NCBI GenBank assembly: GCA_964432895.1
Contig: CAYSPN010000440.1
Coordinates: 1-37,548 of the forward strand
Direction of reading: 5' to 3'
DNA length: 37,548 nt
DNA from: an uncultured Candidatus Kuenenia sp.
GTDB taxonomy: Bacteria > Planctomycetota > Planctomycetia > Pirellulales > UBA1268
Part shown: one piece after another, positions 21,735 to 29,232 of the stretch
Numbering within the stretch: position 1 is the first letter of the stretch
How the letters are laid out: every line of letters starts with the position of its first letter
Notes under the pieces: model-generated
The model's input: the letters and a program-made list of their open reading frames with translations, nothing else
Database searches by the model: none
Told to the model about the DNA's origin: nothing
Program-made: the position numbers and the translations under genes

Positions 21735-24138
21735 GGTCCGCGCTGTTTGGGGAATCGCTGTTTGGGGAATCTTGCTCGGCTGCGTTTGGTCGGTGCCGCT
21801 GATAGCTGCCGAACGTCCCAACGTCGTCGTGATTCTGGCCGACGACATGGGGTTTGCGGATCTGGGATGCTATGGCGGGGAAATCGAGACGCCCCACGTG
21901 GACCAGTTGGCGGCCGGTGGCCTGCGGTTTACACAGTTCTACAACACGGCTCGCTGCTGCCCCACACGTGCCGCCCTTTTGACAGGCTTGTACTCGCATC
22001 AAGCGGGTATTGGCCACATGACGGTTGATGATGGGATTCCCGCCTACCGGGGATACTTGAATCAGCGCTGCGTGACGATTGCCGAAGCGGTTCGTCCCAC
22101 GGGTTACGCGACATGTGCGGTTGGCAAGTGGCATGTCGGGTCGGCGCCCGGGCATTGGCCGCTGGACCGCGGGTTCGATCGGTTTTGGGGAACGCCGTCT
22201 GGCGGAGGGGTCTACTTCAAAGACACCCTGCAGCTTCGCAAGGAAATCTTCTTTACCAGCGGCAACCAGCGAATTGACCCTCCCGACGATCTCTATGTGA
22301 CCGACACCTTCACCGATCACGCTTTGGAATTCATCGAGGAAGCGGTTACGCAGACGCAACGGCCTTTCTTCCTTTATCTCCCGCATATCGCGCCGCACTG
22401 GCCATTGCAGGCGAAGGCTGCGGATATCGCCAAGTATGAAGGACGTTATCGGCTGGGGTGGGACGCGCTCCGGCAGGCGCGGTTGGACAAGCAGGTTCGG
22501 TTGGGGATCGTGCCTGCTGGCACACAGCTCAGTCCGCGGGACGCGAAAGCCCGCCCATGGGAAGAGGTCGGCGAGCAGGAGCGGGAGGAACTGGCGCGGC
22601 GGATGAGCATCTACGCGGCGCAGATCGACTGCATTGATAAGAATGTAGGCAGACTGGTGGCGAAGTTGAAAGCGCTGGGGGTTCTGGAGAACACGTTGAT
22701 CATGTTCTTGTCCGACAACGGATGTTCCGCGGAAGGAGGGCCCGGGGGATTCAGCCGCGGGACCGAGGGCGCGGAGATTGGTACAGGACTTTCTTATGCC
22801 AGCGCGGGATTAGAGTGGGTCAATGCGTGCAACACACCCTATCGGCGATACAAGAGCGACACGCATAAGGGAGGTGTTCGCACGCCCCTGATCGTGCACT
22901 GGCCGGCAGGAGTCGCGGCGCGAGGCCAGTTGAGGCAGGACGTGGGACATGTGGTCGACCTCATGCCTACGATTGTGCAGGCGACCGGTACCGGTTATCC
23001 GCAAACACGGAATGAAAACGAGGTTCTGCCGCTCGAAGGGATCAGCTTGCTACCAGCGTTTGCCGGAGAATCATTGCCGGAGCGATGGCTGTTCTGGGAG
23101 CACGAAGGGAACAAAGCCGTGCGGCACGGCAACTGGAAGGCGGTGGCGAAGGGGCCGCAACCGTGGCAGCTGTATGATCTCCAGCACGATTCGTCGGAAC
23201 TAGAGAATCTGGCGGCGCTGCAGCCGCAGCGTCTCGCTGGCTTGGTCGAGGGGTGGGCGGAGCGGTGTGGCGTGTGGGAGTGGGACGATGTGCTGGCGCA
23301 CCGCCAGCTTGCCACGTCCCGTGGCAAGCGTCGCGCGACGCATGAGACGGATCCGGGACAATTCTCGCCAGAAGCGTCCAATCCGGCCGGTTCGCGGCAT
23401 AGTACCTGTGTGCTTTCGTTCCCAGAAAGCCAAACATTGATCGCGAAACAGGCAATCATGAAATCCACCGTCGGAATCCTTCTTGTCTTTCTGTCGTCAG
23501 CGGTTCACGCCACTGAGAATTTGCCGGAAATGAAGCCGCTGCTCGGCGAGCGGGGCGACGTTATTTTCTCCGAGTCCTTCGACGGCCCAGACCCAGTTCC
23601 GCTTCGGGTCATCCGGAACACGATGTCCGAGCTCGCCGAGGGCGGGGTGCGTCTGGGGACGAAAATCGAACGACCGGAGTGGGGTCACGGCGGGATCGCG
23701 TTTGTCTACGGGAAGGACCGAGCCGCGCTCGAGGATTTCATTCTTGAAGCGGACTTCCGCTGGGATGTCGGGCAGAGTTTTGGCTTCCAGTTCCCCAGGG
23801 TGCGCGAGGCAGGAGAACCTGTGCACGGGGTTGCCCCCGAGTTCTTCATCCGATTCCGCCGACCCAAGGATGTGACCCAGCCGGGCTCCTGGGATATCAG
23901 AGACAACGCGCCAAAAGCCACCGTAGGCGAACACAAGGCCACCTTCCCGCCGGGCCAGTGGCACCGGGTCATGATCGAGGTGCGGAATGACGAAGTGGCG
24001 GTGCAACTCAGCAACGGCCAGTCCCTGCGAGGGAAGTGCAACAAAGCCAGCGCTCCCAAAATATCTCCACAGATCGGCACGGGCCCAGACGGTAGTGAGG
24101 CCGTCGTGGACACCATAACAATCTCCGCCTTCCGCTGA
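21733..24138 (+). CDS. Arylsulfatase (Cys-type) ORF that continues in frame through an intergenic-looking segment into a DUF1080/LamG-like gene (801-aa ORF)
   Basis: ORF track, 801 aa. The first ~520 aa form a complete sulfatase paralogous to 19089..20966: NVVVILADDMGFADLGCYG, CCPTRAALLTGLYSHQAGIGHM, ..WQLYDLQHDSSELENL..CGVWEWDD. Then come ~40 codons spanning a hairpin and the F1-C module, followed by a signal-peptide-like MKSTVGILLVFLSSAVHA. Confidence 0.8.
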   Translation: MVRAVWGIAVWGILLGCVWSVPLIAAERPNVVVILADDMGFADLGCYGGEIETPHVDQLAAGGLRFTQFYNTARCCPTRAALLTGLYSHQAGIGHMTVDDGIPAYRGYLNQRCVTIAEAVRPTGYATCAVGKWHVGSAPGHWPLDRGFDRFWGTPSGGGVYFKDTLQLRKEIFFTSGNQRIDPPDDLYVTDTFTDHALEFIEEAVTQTQRPFFLYLPHIAPHWPLQAKAADIAKYEGRYRLGWDALRQARLDKQVRLGIVPAGTQLSPRDAKARPWEEVGEQEREELARRMSIYAAQIDCIDKNVGRLVAKLKALGVLENTLIMFLSDNGCSAEGGPGGFSRGTEGAEIGTGLSYASAGLEWVNACNTPYRRYKSDTHKGGVRTPLIVHWPAGVAARGQLRQDVGHVVDLMPTIVQATGTGYPQTRNENEVLPLEGISLLPAFAGESLPERWLFWEHEGNKAVRHGNWKAVAKGPQPWQLYDLQHDSSELENLAALQPQRLAGLVEGWAERCGVWEWDDVLAHRQLATSRGKRRATHETDPGQFSPEASNPAGSRHSTCVLSFPESQTLIAKQAIMKSTVGILLVFLSSAVHATENLPEMKPLLGERGDVIFSESFDGPDPVPLRVIRNTMSELAEGGVRLGTKIERPEWGHGGIAFVYGKDRAALEDFILEADFRWDVGQSFGFQFPRVREAGEPVHGVAPEFFIRFRRPKDVTQPGSWDIRDNAPKATVGEHKATFPPGQWHRVMIEVRNDEVAVQLSNGQSLRGKCNKASAPKISPQIGTGPDGSEAVVDTITISAFR
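21742..21771 (+). repeat. Perfect 15-bp tandem duplication in the sulfatase signal-peptide region
   Basis: gctgtttggggaatc occurs twice in tandem and encodes the repeated AVWGI in MVRAVWGIAVWGILLG. Confidence 0.9.
23307..23329 (+). terminator. Perfect 10-bp stem hairpin just after the conserved sulfatase C terminus
   Basis: GCTTGCCACG-tcc-CGTGGCAAGC, followed by the palindrome GTCGCGCGAC (23330-23339). There is no T tract, so assigning it as a terminator is tentative. Confidence 0.3.
23356..23406 (+). promoter_or_regulatory. F1 module copy C, inside the 801-aa ORF and upstream of the internal ATG 23458
   Basis: Plus strand reads GGACAATTCTCGCCAGAAGCGTCCAATCCG-gccggttcg-CGGCATAGTACC, i.e. 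TCCAAT-n17-TAGTAC. The hexamer lies 52 nt upstream of ATG 23458. Confidence 0.5.
23458..24138 (+). CDS. Secreted concanavalin-A-like (DUF1080/LamG-type) protein, if translated from the internal start
   Basis: MKSTVGILLVFLSSAVHATENL.. is a signal peptide. The body (..DFILEADFRWDVGQSFGFQF..GQWHRVMIEVRNDEVAVQLSNGQSLRG..) has the beta-sandwich pattern of DUF1080-like proteins. It is preceded by F1-C. Confidence 0.5.
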   Translation: MKSTVGILLVFLSSAVHATENLPEMKPLLGERGDVIFSESFDGPDPVPLRVIRNTMSELAEGGVRLGTKIERPEWGHGGIAFVYGKDRAALEDFILEADFRWDVGQSFGFQFPRVREAGEPVHGVAPEFFIRFRRPKDVTQPGSWDIRDNAPKATVGEHKATFPPGQWHRVMIEVRNDEVAVQLSNGQSLRGKCNKASAPKISPQIGTGPDGSEAVVDTITISAFR

Positions 24139-24211
24139 GTATTTTCCGCTGAGTACACTGAGGCGATGATGCATTCGTCGTGACTTTCATTCGCTCCAGG
24201 TCTGCTGCTGC

Positions 24212-27200
24212 ATGTCGAGCCACATCGTGCTACATCGATCGCGGCCGTTACGCACGGTGGTTCTCTCCGCCGCTGCGCTTCTTTTAGGCGGCCCGATTGT
24301 GTCGTGTCCTTCGGCCATCGCCGGCGAATCCCCCGATGCTGTGGCCCTCTTCGAGTCGAAATTACGGCCGCTCCTCGCGCACCGCTGCGCCGGGTGCCAT
24401 GGGGCGGGCACGGTGGAGGGTGAGTTCGACATTTCGAATCGCGAGAAACTGCTCGCAGGCGGGGCCAGCGGCCCCGCCGTCGTGCCCGGCAAGGCGATGG
24501 AAAGCCTGATGTACCGGCTGGCCGCACGGCTCGAGGAACCGCACATGCCGGAGGAGGGAGACGCGCTGACCTCGGAGCAGCTCGGCTGGCTCGCCGAATG
24601 GATCAACGGTGGAGCCCCGTTCGACAAGCCGCTGATCGACGACTCCGACCGCGGGCCATGGACAGATCGCGTGGTGAAGCCGGAGGCCCGGGACTACTGG
24701 GCGTTCCGCCCGCTCGCAGTCGTCAGCCCGCCCGAGCCGGCCGACCCCAACGGCTGGTGTCGCAATCCGATCGACCACTTCATCCTTGCGAAGCTCGAGT
24801 CAGCCGGCCTCGCACCGTCGCCCGAGGCCCCGCCGCAGACGCTCTTCCGCCGGCTCTCGTTTGACCTCACCGGGTTGCCGGCGACGCCACAGGAGATTGC
24901 CGACTTCTGTGATTCGTGTTCAAAGCAGGCCGGCGTCGCGTATGAACAGGCAGTCGACGATCTCCTATCGCGGGCGTCGTTTGGCGAGCGGTGGGCCCAG
25001 CACTGGCTCGATGTCGCCCGCTTCGCCGAGAGCTTCGGCTACGAACAGGACTACGACCGTCCACATGCCCATCACTACCGCGACTTCGTGATCAAGGCCT
25101 TCAACGATGACCTCCCCTACGACACGTTTCTGCGGTGGCAACTCGCCGGCGACGAGTTTGACCCCGACAATCTCGACGCGCAGAAGGCGACAGGCTTCCT
25201 CGCCGCCGGCGCATTCCCGACACAGCTGACGGAGAATGAGTTTGAGAGCGCCCGCTCCACCGAACTCGACGACATGGTCGGCACGGTCGGCACCGCGATG
25301 CTCGGAGCGACGATCGGCTGTGCCCGCTGCCACGACCACAAGTTCGATCCGTTCCCGCAGGCCGACTATTACCGCATGGCGGCGACGTTTACGACGACGA
25401 TCCGCTCAAACGTCGATCTGCCGGTGGATCCCGCCAAGGACCGCGCGATCCTCGCGGCGTGGGAGGCCCGACGGCTCGCGGCCGTGAAGGCCCGGGAAGC
25501 CTACGAGCGTGACGAACTGCCAAAGCGGTTCGACGCGTTCGTGGCTGCGTGGCAGCCAACCGCAAACGACGAGACGCGGCCATGGCGACTGGGCAAGCTC
25601 GTGTCGGCGGAAACCCAGGCGGGCCGAAAGTTCGCCCCGCTTGACGATGGCTCGCTCCTGGCCGTCGGCGTGGCCGCCGATCAAGACAGTTACACCTTCG
25701 TGATCGATGCACCGCTCGAGACGGTCGCCTCGCTGCGCATCGACGCGATTGCCGATGCGTCGTTGCCGCGCGGCGGGCCGGGCCGTGCTGCCAACGGCAA
25801 CTTCGCCCTCTCGAACCTCACCGTCTCCGCCTCGCCCATTCCGTCCAAGGGCAAGCCGGCGGCGGAGCCTTCGTCGATCAAGCTCGTGAATCCGCGGGCG
25901 GATTTCTCGCAGACGTCGCCTTCGCTGCTGGTCGAGCATGCGATCGATGCGAATGGTTCGACGGCCTGGGCGGTCGACCCGCAGTTCGGCGCGTCACATG
26001 CGGCGGTATTCGACTTCGAGAAGCCGGTGCAGCATGGTGGCGGCGTACGGCTGACGGTGAAACTCGAGTTCATGAACAATGCAAAGCATTCGATCGGCCG
26101 GCCGCGGATCTCTTTCGCTGATGCCCCGGGCGAGAAGGCGGAGCCGGTCACTGCGGCTCGCGACCCGGTGGATGCCGATGGGGAGCCGCGGCGCCGCGTG
26201 ACCGAAATCCTCGTAAAACCCGCCGCGCAGCGGACGGATGGGGAGAAGTCAGAACTCGCCGCGCTCCACCGAATGTTTGACGCAGGCTGGCGGGCTCTCG
26301 ACACGGTCGTCAGGCGGCTCGACGCCGAAAAGCCTGCCCCGACGCTCGTGAAGGTGCTTGTGGCCAGTGAGAACGTGCCGAAGATCCCGCACCACGCCGA
26401 CGAGCGCGGCTACCCGCACTTTTACCCCGAGACCCACTTCTTGCGACGTGGTGACGTCAACCAGAAGGAAGGCGTGGCGACGACGGGGTTTCTCCAAGTG
26501 CTCATGCGGCATCCCGACGGGGCGGCCCACTGGATCGAACCTGTTCCCGAGGGGGCGACGACGAGCCACCGCCGCGCCGCGCTGGCCCGCTGGATCACCG
26601 ACGTCGACCATGGAGCCGGCTACGTCGCCGCCCGCGTCATCGTCAATCGGCTCTGGCAGCATCATTTCGGGGAGGGGCTCGTTGCCACACCGAACGATTT
26701 TGGCAGGCAGGCCGATCCGCCGTCGCATCCCGAACTCCTTGATTGGCTCGCCAGCGAGTTGATCCGTAGCGGCTGGAGGCTGAAATCGATCCACCGCCTG
26801 ATGGTGACAAGCGCGGCCTACCGGCAGTCGAGTGCGATCGATCCGGTGAAGGCCGGGGTCGACCCGGGCAACCGTCTCGTGTGGCGGTTCAACCGCCGCC
26901 GCCTGGAAGGGGAAGCGATCCGTGACGCGCTCCTTTCGATGTCAGGCGGGCTCGATCCCGCGCTCTATGGCCGAGCCGGACGCGACGAGGCGAGCCCGAG
27001 GCGGAGCCTCTACCTTGAACGAAAGCGAAGCAAGCTGCCGCTCTTCCTGCGCACGTTCGACTCACCCGACTTCGTGTCGGGCGTGGCGAAGCGGTCGGTG
27101 ACGACGACCGCGCCGCAGGCGCTCGCGATGATGAACTCACCGCAGGCCCGCGTGTGGGCCGAACGGTTGGCCAAGGAACTCATAGCCGAGGCCGGATCGA

Positions 27201-27463
27201 TCCCAGAGGTGCCACCGTTGCCCGGCCAGCCGCAGGATTCCGCTGCAGCCGTCTCCGCCCCGCAGGCGAAGTTGATCCGCGCGGCCTACGCCACGGCGTT
27301 CGGCCGCGTCCCCACGCCGACCGAACTCCACGACGCGACGCTGTTCATCGCGTCACAGCAGGCGGCCTACGCCGCCGCGGGAAGCCACGACAGCCCGACC
27401 GCCGCGGTCACTGACTTTTGCCAGGTGCTCATGGGGCTCAACGAGACGATGCACATCGAGTGA
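24212..27463 (+). CDS. PSCyt1/DUF1549(PSCyt2)/DUF1553(PSD1) planctomycete cytochrome-motif protein
   Basis: ORF track, 1083 aa. Signal peptide. Motifs: LFESKLRPLLAHRCAGCHG, NPIDHFILAKLESAGLAPSPEA..FRRLSFDLTGLPATPQEI, CARCHDHKFDPFPQADYY, C-terminal RRSLYLERKRSKLPLFLRTFDSPD..TTTAPQALAMMN. Confidence 0.9.
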   Translation: MSSHIVLHRSRPLRTVVLSAAALLLGGPIVSCPSAIAGESPDAVALFESKLRPLLAHRCAGCHGAGTVEGEFDISNREKLLAGGASGPAVVPGKAMESLMYRLAARLEEPHMPEEGDALTSEQLGWLAEWINGGAPFDKPLIDDSDRGPWTDRVVKPEARDYWAFRPLAVVSPPEPADPNGWCRNPIDHFILAKLESAGLAPSPEAPPQTLFRRLSFDLTGLPATPQEIADFCDSCSKQAGVAYEQAVDDLLSRASFGERWAQHWLDVARFAESFGYEQDYDRPHAHHYRDFVIKAFNDDLPYDTFLRWQLAGDEFDPDNLDAQKATGFLAAGAFPTQLTENEFESARSTELDDMVGTVGTAMLGATIGCARCHDHKFDPFPQADYYRMAATFTTTIRSNVDLPVDPAKDRAILAAWEARRLAAVKAREAYERDELPKRFDAFVAAWQPTANDETRPWRLGKLVSAETQAGRKFAPLDDGSLLAVGVAADQDSYTFVIDAPLETVASLRIDAIADASLPRGGPGRAANGNFALSNLTVSASPIPSKGKPAAEPSSIKLVNPRADFSQTSPSLLVEHAIDANGSTAWAVDPQFGASHAAVFDFEKPVQHGGGVRLTVKLEFMNNAKHSIGRPRISFADAPGEKAEPVTAARDPVDADGEPRRRVTEILVKPAAQRTDGEKSELAALHRMFDAGWRALDTVVRRLDAEKPAPTLVKVLVASENVPKIPHHADERGYPHFYPETHFLRRGDVNQKEGVATTGFLQVLMRHPDGAAHWIEPVPEGATTSHRRAALARWITDVDHGAGYVAARVIVNRLWQHHFGEGLVATPNDFGRQADPPSHPELLDWLASELIRSGWRLKSIHRLMVTSAAYRQSSAIDPVKAGVDPGNRLVWRFNRRRLEGEAIRDALLSMSGGLDPALYGRAGRDEASPRRSLYLERKRSKLPLFLRTFDSPDFVSGVAKRSVTTTAPQALAMMNSPQARVWAERLAKELIAEAGSIPEVPPLPGQPQDSAAAVSAPQAKLIRAAYATAFGRVPTPTELHDATLFIASQQAAYAAAGSHDSPTAAVTDFCQVLMGLNETMHIE

Positions 27464-27506
27464 GTCGGGCTCGAGCCCCGCCAACAGACACGTACGTGAG
27501 GAACCC

Positions 27507-28991
27507 ATGACAGATCCGAGTACGATCCGCCGACTTATGTCCGACCTGTCGCCCATCCTGCCACGCCGCGAGATGCTCAAGCGGGCCGGAGCCGGGTTCG
27601 GAATTCTGGGACTCGCGGGGCTCCTCCAGAACGAGGCGAGTGCCGCCGCCACGATGCAGGGCGGCGGCGGGCTCGCCGACAATCCACTGGGACCTCGCCC
27701 GAGTCATTTTCCGGGGAAGGCGAAGAGCGTGATCTGGCTCTTCATCAACGGGGGGCCAAGCCACGTCGACACATTCGACTACAAGCCTGAACTCGAGAAG
27801 CGGGACGGTCAGGAACTCCCCGGCTTCGACAAGAACACCGGCTTCTTCGCGGGTGCCGTGGGCGGGCTCATGAAGAGCCCCTTCGCATTCCATCAGCACG
27901 GCCAGAGCGGAGCCTGGGTGTCGAGCCTGTTCCCCCAGATGGCGAAGCACGTCGACAAGATGGCCTTCCTGAAGAGCTGCTGGACCGACTCCAACAACCA
28001 CGCGCCGGCGCTTCTCAAGATCAACACGGGTGTCACGCGGATGGGTTTCCCGTGCACCGGATCGTGGGTCACCTACGGCCTCGGCAGCGAGAATCGCGAT
28101 CTGCCCGGCTTCGTCGTCATGTACGACACGAAGGGCCGCGGGCTCCCCAAGGGCTACGCGCAGAACTGGTCAGCGGGCTTTCTACCGGGCGTTTTCCAGG
28201 GGACAGGCATCGACACGGCCGGCACACCGATCCCCAACCTTATTCGCACACAGGGCATGACCGACGCCCAGCAGCGGGCACAGTTTGACCTCGCTGCCAG
28301 GCTCAACGGCCACCATCTCGCCTCCACCGGGGACGCGTCGCTCCAGGCTCGAATCGAGAGCTTTGAACTCGCCTATCGGATGCAGATGTCGGCACCCGAA
28401 GCGCTCGAACTTACGAGTGAAACGAAGGAAACACATGACCTGTATGGGCTCGACGACCCCACCTGTGGCCACTTCGCCAAACAGTGCCTGATCGCGCGAA
28501 GACTCGTCGAGCGGGGCGTACGATTCATCCAGATCTACTCCGGCGGCGAGGAGAACCAGAAGAGCTGGGACGGCCACTCAGACATCCAGGGCAACCACTC
28601 CGGGTTCGCGGCCGAGACCGACCGGCCGATCGCGGCGCTGCTCGAGGATCTATCCCGCCGTGGCTTGCTCGACGAGACACTCGTCGTCTGGGGAGGCGAG
28701 TTCGGCCGGCTGCCGATCGCGCAGAAGAGCGCGAAGCCGGGCCGCGACCACAACCCGCACGCCTTCACCGTCTGGATGGCGGGCGGCGGCGTGAAGGGGG
28801 GCGTGACCCACGGCGCCACCGACGAGGTTGGCTTCAAGGCCGTCGAGGATCGCGTGAGCGTCAATGACCTGCATGCGACGATCCTGCACCTGCTCGGCAT
28901 GGACCATCGGCAACTGACCTACCGATTCAACGGCCGTGATTTCCGACTGACTGACGTTGCCGGTGTCGTGGTGAACGACATCCTGGTCTGA
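27507..28991 (+). CDS. DUF1501 protein (sulfatase/alkaline-phosphatase-like fold) with a Tat signal
   Basis: ORF track, 494 aa. GAGGAA lies upstream of the ATG. Motifs: RREMLKRAGAGFGILGLAGLL, and GRDHNPHAFTVWMAGGGVKGGVTHGATDEVG. Confidence 0.9.
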   Translation: MTDPSTIRRLMSDLSPILPRREMLKRAGAGFGILGLAGLLQNEASAAATMQGGGGLADNPLGPRPSHFPGKAKSVIWLFINGGPSHVDTFDYKPELEKRDGQELPGFDKNTGFFAGAVGGLMKSPFAFHQHGQSGAWVSSLFPQMAKHVDKMAFLKSCWTDSNNHAPALLKINTGVTRMGFPCTGSWVTYGLGSENRDLPGFVVMYDTKGRGLPKGYAQNWSAGFLPGVFQGTGIDTAGTPIPNLIRTQGMTDAQQRAQFDLAARLNGHHLASTGDASLQARIESFELAYRMQMSAPEALELTSETKETHDLYGLDDPTCGHFAKQCLIARRLVERGVRFIQIYSGGEENQKSWDGHSDIQGNHSGFAAETDRPIAALLEDLSRRGLLDETLVVWGGEFGRLPIAQKSAKPGRDHNPHAFTVWMAGGGVKGGVTHGATDEVGFKAVEDRVSVNDLHATILHLLGMDHRQLTYRFNGRDFRLTDVAGVVVNDILV

Positions 28992-29232
28992 AAAGCCGAC
29001 TCATTCGCGAGCTGGCTCCGGCCCCGTCGTCTCCTTGAAACCGTAATGGAGTGTGATGCCGCTCCATCTCGGCCAGCAGAGCCGCGAGCAAAAGCCCTCA
29101 CGGAGTACACTGCTGATCGCTAGATCAGGATCCTATGACAGGATAGCGTTGTTCGCACATGGAGCGCTCGCCATGCTCGATCTCTCCAAGATCTTCTCGA
29201 TGCTCACGACGATCCCGGGGGAGTTCCTCTTC

